A DNA stretch of 64,000 nt from Selaginella moellendorffii (taxonomy: Eukaryota > Plantae > Lycopodiophyta): contig NW_003314265.1 in assembly GCF_000143415.4 (NCBI RefSeq), positions 3,778,443 to 3,842,442 on the forward strand, read 5' to 3'. A program made the translations under genes and the position numbers. Below are positions 1 through 11,600 of the stretch, piece after piece. The first letter of the stretch is position 1, and every line of letters starts with the position of its first letter. The notes under the pieces were generated by a model that saw only the letters and a list, made by a program, of their open reading frames with translations, was not told the origin of the DNA and searched no databases.

Positions 1-140
1 CGTTCTTCGTCATGGCCGCCACCTGTTTGTTTGGGTGTGCTCGCCGTGGCTCTCAGCTTGAGGTCCGCCAAGTTCTACAGTGCGGAGGTGAGGCCCAGCT
101 TGACGAGAAAAGTTGCTGCTGTTGTTGACGATGCATGCAC
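1..140 (+). pseudogene. 3' tail of nodulin-like MFS transporter copy A (damaged)
   Basis: Matches the 3' end of the copies at 7.3 and 16.1 kb. It has a 2-bp loss (gtgtgc-tcgcc vs gtgtgccatcgcc) and a deletion removing the TAG stop and the start of the 3' UTR (gatgcatgca|ctcgcaagagc). Confidence 0.8.
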
Positions 141-2299
141 TCGCAAGAGCGACCGAATGGTTTCTCCTGGAGTGAGCTAAACAAGACACTCCAGCGCCAA
201 ATCCACCCAAGCTTCAGATGATTCTTACCTCGTGAATGGATGAGCGATCCCGCAATGCGCCGCTTGCCCTAGGATCCATGCTCCATGAGCTCTGTGCCCT
301 CCATCGTTTACTCCCGCCAAAGTTAAAACCAACGTCATGCTGGAAAGCACCAAATATGGTACTTTAATCCAGCTCTGATCATGTGCAGATACCTTATTCA
401 AGCTTCTTGGTTTTCCATTTTCATCCATTGTGCCAAACCATGCAGTAAAAAGCGAAGTTAACATCAACATTACCTAGTGGCGCAAACAATCGGCTGCGTG
501 ATTGCTGTGCTAATCTGCGCGCTTTTTCATCCGCCCTAACTTGGGAATCACAAGCTCCATCTGCCGGTGTAACTGTAACAACCAAAAAGAAACATTGAGC
601 ACCGCCCGAGCAAGCCTTGAATGCCGCGAGCACCAGCGACGTCTGGAGAAATCTCTCGATTCCCCGATGCACGAGTTGTAGAAGCGCTTCCTGCCCCAGC
701 ACCTCCCGGATCCATGAGCTATAGAAGTGTTTCCTTGATCATCGATTGGGAGCTGCTCTTGTTGCCCGCGCCACAGGTTGTCGCGGTCCTTGATCGAGCT
801 CCCAGTGCGGAATTCGGCGTCCAGCTTGCTGGGTTCGTCTTGTATCGCTTGCTCTTTGGTGCAACAAATCTAGAAAAAAGTGATTTCTCGGAGAATCAAC
901 AAAGCATTTTCAAGAGAAAGATCTGCCCAAACAACTTAAGAAATGGTAGCCGATGGCGTGGCGGGCTGCCAACCCACGTGAAGTGCCACATCAATATTGG
1001 TTGTTTATTACTCATTCTTCATGACAATATTATGGAGCAAACATCTCTTCAGCTTTCTGAAGAAATTTGTTCTTCAAAGTGATGGGTTTGTGCTTAGCGA
1101 TGTTATGGCTGAAACTAGCTGTCAGTTACTTAGGATTAAACATGCATTCAACACCGCACACTGCAGTATGTGTCGCGTTGGGGGTGAGCTGATCTATGAC
1201 ACTGTCTCTGGGTTTAAATTTTCGCATGTTGAATTCTTCAAATGAGTCAACGAAAGTCAATGTAGCGTTGGGAGGACAAATCAACAAGCAATACCTCCAG
1301 AAATATCAATTGTTTTACTTTCATGTGTTGATCAACAGATACAGTAGACCTGAAACAAGAGGTTCAAGAAAAGGAATAACCCCTTGGAAGTTATTTTACT
1401 GACCTTGAAGTAGGGATGTTATATATCAGGATGCCTAAGCATTTTTCCATGGTATTCATGATGGTAGAACTTATAATGTTCTCAACGTTTATCCTAGTGT
1501 GAGCAACAGTTCTACCCATAATGTTCATGTCAATGTGCGTGGAGTTAAGGATGTCAGCATATTATCAGTTCAGTGAATTTTTCATGAAAATATGAATACT
1601 CGATTAGAAATTGTCATCTTTTGTATATTTAGTAGCTCTTGTAGTAGGATCACTGAATGGCTCAAGCACAGGGTTTTGTAGGAACTTTATCCCATGTATG
1701 TATATTATCTGATAGCTTGCCAAGTTGCACACGAACTACCTCTAGATGGTTATCCATGAATTTGACTTCACCCATGTTGAGTGTCCCACATGTGGGAGCC
1801 AATCCGATCTTAAGATAGTCTTGGACATTCGAGTTGACAATGTTGACCTATCTATTAGTCAAATGCTAGTTAAAACTGAATGCGAAAGTCAAAATGCTAG
1901 ATAGATACTTACAATTGTAAGGATCAGCTGAAACTAGGCATTTGTGCTCAAGACAAAGCTCATAACAGCAAGAAGAATGATTGATGGGACTTTTGCCAAA
2001 GCTTACCCAGTGCTACTGGAGCATATTCTGTAAGGAAGTGGATATGTTGGCCAGTACGGAGTGGAGTCCAGGTGTGATTCAGCCGGCAAAAGGGACTTGT
2101 ACATGACATTCAACTGTATTAATCTTACCTCTGTAACTTTGGATACACCAAAGCATAACGGGTGAAGATTTGAACTATACTTTTAACAAGTTATGACCAA
2201 TGTAGCTATTTCATAGACATAAGCCTGTGTGGTTTTGTGTCATGGTTTCTTGTGTTGATCTTCTAATGACTTTTACAGATTTCTCTATAAGTTCGCCCT

Positions 2300-3890
2300 C
2301 GATCAATATCTAGTATTTGCTGAAAATTACAGGCAAAAATTTCTTTTTTCTATGCGGTGAGTTTTGAAGCTTTAGATATATGATTTTGATGTTGTTCATC
2401 ACTTTAAGAGTTCTATAGCTAATGTTAATTTTCTTTCTCGAGCTCCTTTTTCCTTCTCCACTCTTTTCTCATGTTTTTAATGAGCTTGTTATTCCGGCAC
2501 CTGTGGATTTTCTAGACGAGAATTCTGTGCCATCAACGGTTACTATACTCGACATTTAGTGTCCGCAAGATGCAAAGAAGGATCTACCTTCTCTTGATGA
2601 GGTTCGTGAGGCTAAAAAACTTGAGCCATGGATATGAAGGTTTCGAAATGGGGTTTAAGAATCTTGCATCACTTGCTGATGATTTACCATTCCGGCATTT
2701 ACATTCTCAGTATCTTTTTTATGATGGCCTTTTTTATTTTGTGAGGACAGATCCTGATGATCATTTACGATTGGTGGTGCCTTCTGTCATTACTCAGCGG
2801 TTTCTCCATGCTTACCACGATTCTCCTATTTTAGACGGGCATATGGGACATTGTCGTGTGAACAAGAAACTATGCAGGTCTTTCTATTAGCTGAAAATAC
2901 GACGTGATGTTATCCAATATCTGCATAGCTGCATTTGGTGCCAAGCTCGTAATACTCCCTCTCGTGCCGCGGAAGGATAGTTGGAATTAATTGCAATTTC
3001 CCGTCCGTTTGAGTTGGTGGCATTTGATCTTATGGGACTTTTTCCACGGTCGATTGTTGGCAATGAGTATGTTATTATTGCTTCTGACTACTTGACTCGT
3101 TAGGTGGAAGTTGATGCTTTTGCTAGCGCATTTGCAACTGCTGTTGGATACTTCCTCCTCAATCGAGTAGTGTTCTAGCAATTTTGTCCAGAACGAATTC
3201 TTTCGGATAATAATTCTGCATTTATGGTTGAGGCATTTCATGTTTTGACATCTCGGTTGGGGATACACCACATTTTCATGAGTGTTTATCATCCACAATC
3301 AAACAGTCAGTGGAATGGCTCATTCAAACATTCAAAGGGATGATCACGAAATACATGACCTTTCAGCATTCGGATTAAGATGGTTATTTGCCGTTTCTTC
3401 GGTATGCAAATGTCACAAGGGTGTAGAATTCTATTGGTGTTTCACCATATAAACTTCTATATGGTTATGATTCAATATTACTAACAGAGCTGGGTTAACC
3501 TTCGCAATTGCCACGAGTTGTTGTTGCTAAGTCGTAGGATTAATATTTGATGAACATTCTTCCACTTGTCTGAACAAAATTTGCCAACACTTAAGCCGTA
3601 TACAAGTGGGATAACAATGGCGTTACAACTCCTATCATTGTTCACCTATAGAGTACAAAGTGGATGACTTAATGTTAGTCCGTTTTCCCCATTTTACAGT
3701 ATGTGGTTTATCTAAGGGGCTCCTTATTCAATAAAAAGGACCGTATCAAATGTTGTAGCAAGTTAAACCATAAGTTTATAAAGTTTGGCATAACGTCCAA
3801 CAAGTCGATCCTCCAGAGATTATGCATGTGCAATGGTTGAACACTTTATACAAAGGGATCAGGAGCAGCTAATACCCCCTACAAATCCAT
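2300..3890 (+). mobile_element. Highly decayed Ty3/gypsy pol fragment (RNase H end plus integrase), no LTRs
   Basis: YDFDVVH..NFLSR (RNase H end), HAYHDS..GHMGH..CxxC integrase zinc finger and FELVAFDLMG core, with many in-frame stops. Most of it is absent from the third spacer (junction aaaaatttct|caac at ~22790). Confidence 0.8.
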
Positions 3891-4308
3891 TCTCAATTAC
3901 CTATCGAAGTTCAAATGGCAACTGAAAATCCCAAGAAAATGAAAAGAAAGAGTGGACACCTGCTGGAAAACCACTGCTTTTGGTGAGGACTTTCACCTTA
4001 GTCATATACCTCAAAGCTTCTTTGCTGCCCTAAAAAAATGATGAGAGTTTATATAATAAGAAGCTTCATTTGTTTTTCAAATTGTGATTTTAAAAAGTTA
4101 TATTGCTTAACAATATGTTGCTGGATTGTTAAACTTTTACAATCTTCTACGCAAAACACAGTCGGCTTGCTATGAAATTTCGTACCTCTATATAATATTG
4201 TGATAAAATCTTTGCTAATCAAACTAAGATCCTTGTGAGCAAACATTTCTTGCAATTGTTTTATTTCTGAGAATGAGAAAAAAATTGGTACCTTTGACTA
4301 CCCAAGAC

Positions 4309-5482
4309 TCAAGCCACATAGACATTCTTCCCGGAGAAGTGCTCCGTGTACACCTCATGCATGTAATCCCTATAAGTCCTGCTGCGGTACTTTGCCGGAC
4401 TCTCCTGGCTCACCAGCTCTGAAATTGGGCTGATCTCCGCGTCTAGTGACGGCCCCAGGAATGCCCCGACGGACAGCCTTGAGCTCTTCGAGTTCACCAT
4501 CATCATGTGCAATATGCTCTTGTATCTCCCATTGCTCAGCTTATGATACAAGACAATCAACCAAGACAAAGATCAATCCACAGTTTCTCAAAACGTTTTC
4601 GACTGCTCGTACCTCTAGCTGGTCGCCCATGTTGACCACCAGCATTCCCTCGAGTGGCCTCACGTTGTACCAATCCTCGCCTTGCTTCAGCTGCAATCCC
4701 CTGGAGCACAAACGTGAGGCCGCCGCTGTCGGTGTGGCCTTCCATGCCCAAGGCCTGCCTCGGGTTCGGGCAAGCCAGATAGAAGTTTGCTCTCGTCAGA
4801 AGAACCATGTCTCCGAATGCTTCCAGAAGACGGTTTGAGCGGAGGCCAAGTCCCTCGGACATGACCAACAGCATCCTCTTCCCGAGCTTGAAGATGTTTC
4901 TGGCGTACTCGGATCCAACGTCCCTGTTGCGTATAGCGCGTCAGCAATCTAGCTCAATACCATAATCAAGGAACGAGAAACTGACTTGTAGCTGGCTGGG
5001 AACGCGGGTCAGGGGTGCACTCCGAGGGACTCCTCCTTGAGCCACATCTGGAGGTGGTCGTGCCACTCGAGCTTCTCTTCTTTCGAAGGCATCATGCTGG
5101 TGCAGTAGCGGACGGGTGTGAAGATCTCCTCGGTGTAGTATCACATCTTGTCCTCGCTGGGCGAAGTGAAGAACTCGAGAGCGCACCTCATCAAATCCTC
5201 GGTGTGAATTCCGTGGTTCTTGAGCTGCAAGTCAGAAGAACAACAACTTAGCAAACATGTACTACAGGAAAAAGACACCTCATCAAAACTTACGTAGAAC
5301 ATTCCGTACTTTGTGCAAGCGAGAGCTTCGAGATCCGTCTCGAAGCTCTCGCTTGCCACATCGACTATCGGCAGCACCGCGTACCGGGAGACATCGGCAG
5401 CTTCATTCGGCATCATGTATCTGTCTGGAACGCTGTCCAGCGTCCCATTGCAGCTGTCAACAAATGCCTTGATGCCAGCCAT
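4309..5482 (-). pseudogene. 2OG-Fe(II) dioxygenase (DOXC class) copy 1, pseudogene
   Basis: Same 4-exon structure as copies 2 and 3. It has CGA>TGA at 5141-5143, TGG>TGA near 5010 and an 11-bp frameshifting deletion near 4700. Confidence 0.9.
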
Positions 5483-5952
5483 GGATGGGACTGTGTAACC
5501 AAGAAAGCTTGAAAGATGAAAGATGGAAATGTATGCTTGGATGCTAGGCTTTCTCAACTTTGAGATGCGGATATCAGTGTCCTCCCAGTGCCCTGCTTAT
5601 ATAGTTGCAAAAAATAAGATTTGCACGAAGATGATAAGAACGTTACCATTGCGCCGATTCCGGATCCGCCCCCGCTCAAGACCATTTTGTAGACTTTTCC
5701 GTACCCGTGACTTGACCAGCGTCCGCATCTGGCCCTGCCCCAGATCCACATCAAGCGTCAATGCTCAACTTAGTTGACCCACGACATAGAAAATTTGGAG
5801 CCACGAAACTTCGGAATTGTCACGTTTTTGTATCGAACAGGAAAGATCGTCGACGCAAGTCCGGTCGTGGCACGGACTGCAAAAACAAAAGCCTTTGCAT
5901 AAAGCACGATGATTTTATAGAGCTTTCTTGTTACCTCACAGCGCTGGCGGCA
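5483..5952. promoter_or_regulatory. Shared divergent promoter, unit 1
   Basis: 470 bp between the divergent ATGs. Minus-strand TATATAAG at ~5596-5603. Near-identical to 24421-24895. Confidence 0.65.
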
Positions 5953-7328
5953 ATGGCGCTAGCAATGGCCAAGGAACTCTTCTCCATCGCCAGCAATCGC
6001 TGGATCATCGCAGTGTCGGGCTTCTATCTGATAGCAATCACCGGAGGCACGCTCACCAGCTTCAGCTTGTTCTCACAGGAGCTCAAAGTCTCCCTGCATT
6101 ACAAGCAAGAGTCCGTCAATACCATCAGTTTTTTCAAGGATCTCGGCACCAGCATGGCTTTCCTGGCCGGCTTGCTCAATGCGAGAGTCGGACCCCGTCT
6201 CACCATGTTCGTCTCCGCATTGCTCAACTTGTTCGGCTACACCATGGCCTGGCTCGCCATCACCCACCGGCATGGCAAATGAGCTTCTATATGTTTCTCG
6301 TCGGCGCCTCTGTAGGCTTTGCAGTCACGGCTGTCCTGTCGACCTGTGCCACGAACTTCCCCAAACATCACGGGATGCTGCTGAGCTTGCTGGACGGCAG
6401 CAATGACCTGGGAGCAACCACATTCGCGGTTGTGTTCCAGACTTTCTTCCAGTTCCACGCTCGCTCCTTTCTGCTCTTCGATAAGTCTAAAGCTCAGCTC
6501 GCGGATATGAATTCCACCCCGAGTGCTCTGCAAGTCGTTGACCATTCTCCTTCTCAAGCTTCCGGCGCTGGCAGCTGCAGATGGTTCCAAGTTCCAGCGA
6601 GAGGGAAGGACTACAGGCTCGTCCACGCCTTGCTGAGCATCGATATGTGGCTCATGCTCATCGCAACTTCCTTCGGCCTGGGAACCGTGTCCACCTTCTA
6701 CAATAACTTGGGCCAGCTGAGCGCCTCCCTGGGACACTCCACCGCAAGGATGAACATCTTCGTGGCTCTCCTCAACATCTGGGACTTCCTGGGAGCAATC
6801 GGCTGCGGCTTCGTGTCCGAGATACTCCTCCACAAGTTTGGCATTGGACGGCCGTTCGTGTTCGCTGCGGTGGTCGGCTTTCTAGCGCTCGGCAACTTGC
6901 TCATCGCCTTGGGCCTTCCCGGGGCGCTATACATCGGCTCTATCATCATCGGCCTCGCCACCGGAGGCCAGTGGGCGGTGCTGTCGACCATCATCGCGGA
7001 GATCTTCGGGCTCAAGCACTATGGAGTTCTCCAGAGCTTCCCAAACATCGCAAAGGGGATTGGGACGTATGTCCTGTCGGTGGAAGTTGCGGGTGTGTTC
7101 TACGATCGGCAAGCCAGGAGATACCGGGGCCCTGACACGCTGGAGGCTTCGCTCCTGTGCCAAGGTGCCAAGTGCTACAGGGAAACGTTCTTCGTCATGG
7201 CCGCCACCTGTTTGTTTGGGTGTGCCATCGCCGTGGCTCTCAGCTTGAGGTCCGCCAAGTTCTACAGTGCGGAGGTGAGGCCCAGCTTGACGAGAAAAGT
7301 TGCTGCTGTTGTTGACGATGCATGCTAG
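5953..7328 (+). pseudogene. Nodulin-like MFS transporter copy B, pseudogene
   Basis: A 16-bp frameshifting deletion between caccgg direct repeats (~6268) and a ~375-bp internal deletion (~6479) relative to copy D. Confidence 0.88.
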
Positions 7329-8123
7329 CAGAGTCTTGCATTTTTAAGCTACACAAGAAAAGGAAAGAAAATATGAGTGCGTCTTAAACAAAAGAACTCG
7401 CAAGAGCGACCGAATGGTTTCTCCTAGAGTGAGCTAAACAAGACACTCCAGCGCCAAATCCACCCGAGTTTCAGATGATTCTTACCTCGTGAATGGATGA
7501 GCGATCCCGCAATGCGCCGCTTGCCTAGGATCCATGTTCCATGAGCTCTGTGCCCTGCTTGACCATCGTTTACTCCCGCCAAGTTAAAACCAACGTCATG
7601 CTAGTTGACCAAATATGGTACTTTAAACCGGCTCTGATCATGTGCAGATACCTTATTCAAGCTTCTTGGTTTTTCATTCCATTGTGCCAAACCATGCAGT
7701 AAAAAGTGAAGTTAATATCAACATTACCTAGTGGCGCAAACAATCGGCCCTGCGTGATTGCTGTGCTAATGCTTCTCCGCAGAAAAAGGCTCCGAATGCG
7801 CTTTTTCATCCACACACTCCATCTGCCGATGTAACAACCAAAAAGAAACATTGAGCACCGCCCGAGGCACCAGCTGCAAGCCTTGAATGCCGTGAGCACC
7901 AGCGACCTCTGGAGAAATCTCTCGATTCCCCGATGCACGAGTTGTAGAAGCGCTTCCTGCCCCAGCACCTCCCAGATCCATGAGCTATAGAAGTGTTTCC
8001 TTGATCATCGATTGGGAGCTGCTCTTGTTGCCCGCACCACAGGTTGTCGCGGTCCTTGATCGAGCTCCCAGTGCGGAATTTGGCGTCCAGCTTGCTGGGT
8101 TCATCTTGTATCGCTTGCTCTTT

Positions 8124-8510
8124 ATCCCAGGCCAAAAGAAATGCCTCTTCACCAACATATACGTTCTCAATACCCCCGGATGCCCAGCACTTGGCACATC
8201 ATGACATTCAACCAAAATCCGTTTGATGAGTTTGTCAACACGAGGAACCACAACACGTCCCTTCTTCACCAGGATTCCATCTCGTATTTCGAATGACGCA
8301 AACTTGTCACCCTTCAAATCTGTAGAGGCGTCCCTCAACAAAACCTTCGCGCGAATATCAGTGATAAAGGAGTCAAAGTCAGCAAACTCCTTAAGCTCAT
8401 CCAAGAGATCGCTAGATAGCTTCACAAACGAGATAGAATTTACCATCCTAGATAATGCATCAGCCACCTTATTATCACCTCCATGCTTGTACCGGATCTT
8501 AATAGACATT
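8124..8510 (-). mobile_element. Inverted 387-bp gypsy RNase H/integrase fragment with 13-bp flanking duplication
   Basis: Reverse complement of ~10013-10399. Flanked by tcgcttgctcttt at 8111-8123 and 8511-8523; the empty site is single-copy in the other spacers. Confidence 0.9.
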
Positions 8511-8755
8511 TCGCTTGCTCTTTGGTGCAATAGATCTACAAAAAAGTGGTTTCTCGGAGAATCAACAAAGCATTTTCAAGAGAAAGATCTGCCCAAACAA
8601 CTTAAGAAATGGTTGACACGAACCACGGGAATATTCTGAGAATATTCTATGCCCTGTGGGATTTAAGGCCGTAACGCCTTAAGGGTTGGGAGGTTGGCCT
8701 AGGGTTCGCTCTCTTGTTCGTTTCATTGGTATCGGAGCAGCACGTTCTTTTGGGG

Positions 8756-9751
8756 ATGGCGGGTGAGCAAGATATTGATCCTGATGAGGAGTATGGCGTT
8801 AATGAGGATAGCCATGACGATGCGGAAGAGACTTTTGATGATGTTGTTGTGCGGCAGGGACGCCAAATTTCTGCAGTTCAGAGCGACATAAAAGAGGTTA
8901 AGGATTCTATCAATCTCATTAAGGATTTCTTGCTTCGCATGAACCCTCAAGGGTTGAATCAATCTCATGTCCGTGATTACCATTGGTACGTCAAGCATGC
9001 CAAGGATTATGGTATCATGGAATGGAAATCATCACCGGATGTTTGTGATAATCAAAAGGTTGATTCTTGGTTGGAATTGTGGGAAAGTTGTTGGTCTCAC
9101 AATCCTTGTGAGGATAAGGTAAAGATAGATTTCTTTGTGACGAAGCTTACGGGCCATGCTTCTTCGTGGTGGAAGAACTACATCAAAGCTAATCCGACGC
9201 CGACGTTTTGGACTGATTTGACAAAGGTTTTCTGCACTTCGTTTGTCAAGAAGTTTGAAGAGGTTGATCTTGTGAATCAGTTGTTAGAGATCCGGCAGGG
9301 GACTTTGTCTTTGGATGCGTATGCCCGCAAGTTCCGTGATCTTTGCCTTAGTCTCACGAGCACCTATAATGAGTTGCTAAAGGTGCAATGTTTTATCAAA
9401 GGATTGAGCTCAGTGGATGTGCAGTAGAAGGTCAAGAAGGATTTTCCAGCAACATTGACTGATGCTATCACTAAGGCTCAGATCTTTTCGCCCGAACCGT
9501 CAGTCAACTCGGTCAACTCTGGTCAACGAGATAGTCCACGGAGTAGTCAACGTGATGACCAGCTTGCTAATTCTTCATATTCGGGGAAGAAACGGTCGTT
9601 ATTCCGTTGTGGCTCGAAGCATGAAGATGGTAGTGAAGCTAAGAAACTTCGTTTGGACCAGCGAGAGAAAGACAAGGCGGAGGGCAATTGTTTTCGTTGC
9701 CATAGAGCTGGACATCAGAGCAAGGATTGTTCTGAAGGGGTCAATGAATGA
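8756..9751 (+). pseudogene. Gypsy gag with CCHC zinc knuckle, one premature stop
   Basis: Retrotrans_gag-like KLTGHASSWW..QGTLSLDAY and CFRCHRAGHQSKDC. TAG at 9425-9427. Confidence 0.85.
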
Positions 9752-9829
9752 TAAGGTGACTGTGGTGGAAATTATAGGCAATGATGTGAGTGATAATGCT
9801 TTTGAGGCCGTATTGCTTCAAGTTAGGCA

Positions 9830-11600
9830 TTCTCTCGCCTTCATGAGCCACAAGTTTGATATCACACAGCAGAATTGACCTACTCAAGAATGGCGACATT
9901 ATTTATATGGATCGGACTTCCATGTGGATTCAGACCATCAATCTCTCCAATATTTCAGTTGACAAAAGGATCTTCGAGGCCACCTTGCTCGTTGGCAAGA
10001 GTTCCTGCAGGAAATGTCTGTTAAGATCCGGTACAAGCATGGAGGTGATAATAAGGTGGCTGATGCATTATCCAGGATGGTAAATTCTATCTCGTTTGTG
10101 AAGCTATCCAGCGATCTCTTGGATGAGGTTAAGGAGTTTGCTGACTTTGACTCCTTTATCACTGATATTCGCGCGAAGGTTTTGTTGAGGGACGCCTCTA
10201 CAGATTTGAAGGGTGACAAGTTTGCGTCATTCGAAATACGAGATGGAATCCTGGTGAAGAAGGGACGTGTTGTGGTTCCTCGTGTTGACAAACTCATCAA
10301 ACGGATTTTGGTTGAGTGTCATGATGTGCCAAGTGCTGGGCATCCGGGGGTATTGAGAACATATATGTTGGTGAAGAGGCATTTATTTTGGCCTGGGATG
10401 AAGTCAGATGTTGAGAAGTACGTACGTGGTTGTTTGACCTGCCAGGCGGTCAAAATTGATCATCAGAAGCTTGCTGGCCTCTATCATCCTTTACGTGTAC
10501 CCGAGAATAAGTGGGATAGCATCTCGATGGACTTTATCACTGGTTTGCCCAAAACCTTTCGAGGAAATGATGCTATTTGGGTTGTTGTGGATTGCTTGAC
10601 GAAGATGGCTCACTTCTTCCCTGTGAAGACAACGATAAAAGCTTCTGAACTTGCTCAGTTGTTTGTAGACCGGTTATTCAGTCTCTATGGTTTGCCGGGT
10701 GACATTGTGAGTGATCGGGATCCTAAGTTCACGTCCAAGTTTTGGCAAACGGTCTTTGAGAAACTAGAGACTAAACTGAGCATGAGTAGTGGTGAGCATC
10801 CACAATCTGATGGGCAGACAGAGCGCATGAATTAGCTATTAGAAGATATGCTACGGTCTTTTGTGGGAAACTTGACTCGACAAGGAGTATGGGAAAAATA
10901 CTTGCCTTTGCTTCAGTTTGCTCACAATAGCGCTCATCAATCGGCTATTGGCATGTCTCCTTTTATGGCGATGTATGGCTATGAGCCTAGGTCTCCTGTG
11001 AGTTTGAATTTGGCTTTAGTTCGGGTTCCTCATGCTTGTGATTTCCTGGAGGATATGCAAGACAAGCTTGAGTTGGCAAAATTGAACATGAGGCAAGCTC
11101 AAGAACGAGACAAAAGATTGGCTGATGAGCATCGTCATCATCAAGAGTACAAAGTTGGTGACAAGGTTTTCCTTAAGCTGTCGGATACACAACGGTCTCT
11201 AAAAAGAGGTGGCAGTGCTAAGTTGTCTCCACGGTATTGTGGACCTTGGACAATTTTACAGCGTGTAGGGGATCTTGCATACACTTTGGACTTGCTAGTT
11301 AGTTCGAAGATTCATTCAACGTTCCATGTGAGCAAGCTTAAAGCGTGTTTGCACTCTAGTGATATCGTGGATCAGTCCATCATCCAGGTTCCAGAGATTG
11401 ATGCAGAGAAGGCTGGTCCGGCCAATATTCTTGCTCAAAGATTGGTGAAAACACGCCGGAAAACAACTAGGGAGTTGTTAGTTCAGTGGAATGGTTATTC
11501 CATGGACGAAGCTACATGGGAAACTGAGGATGACGTGAAAAGAGTGTTTCCGAGTTTTGGTTATGACTTGGATGACATTCCTAAAGAAGGGGAGAATTGA
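9830..11600 (+). pseudogene. Gypsy RNase H remnant, integrase and chromodomain
   Basis: ADALSR, HDVPSAGH..CLTC, ISMDFITGLP, VSDRD, HPQSDGQTER, GPW motif and C-terminal chromodomain. TAG at 10833-10835. Confidence 0.9.

Noticed and set aside
421-702. Spacer ORF LAAFKACS/RGIERF as a PPR fragment, and CSMCRVGGELI (near 1160-1195) as a PHD finger
   Set aside because: The matches are only a few residues, and the remaining PPR or Cys/His pattern is absent.
6237-6833. Long antisense and alternate-frame ORFs over the MFS genes (also 15355-16089, 24871-25536, 25978-26649)
   Set aside because: Shadows of GC-rich coding sequence; no independent motifs, and their ends differ between copies.
5928-7328. 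466-aa ORF as an intact transporter
   Set aside because: Its N-terminal ~117 aa are the wrong frame, created by the 16-bp deletion, and 125 codons are missing internally.
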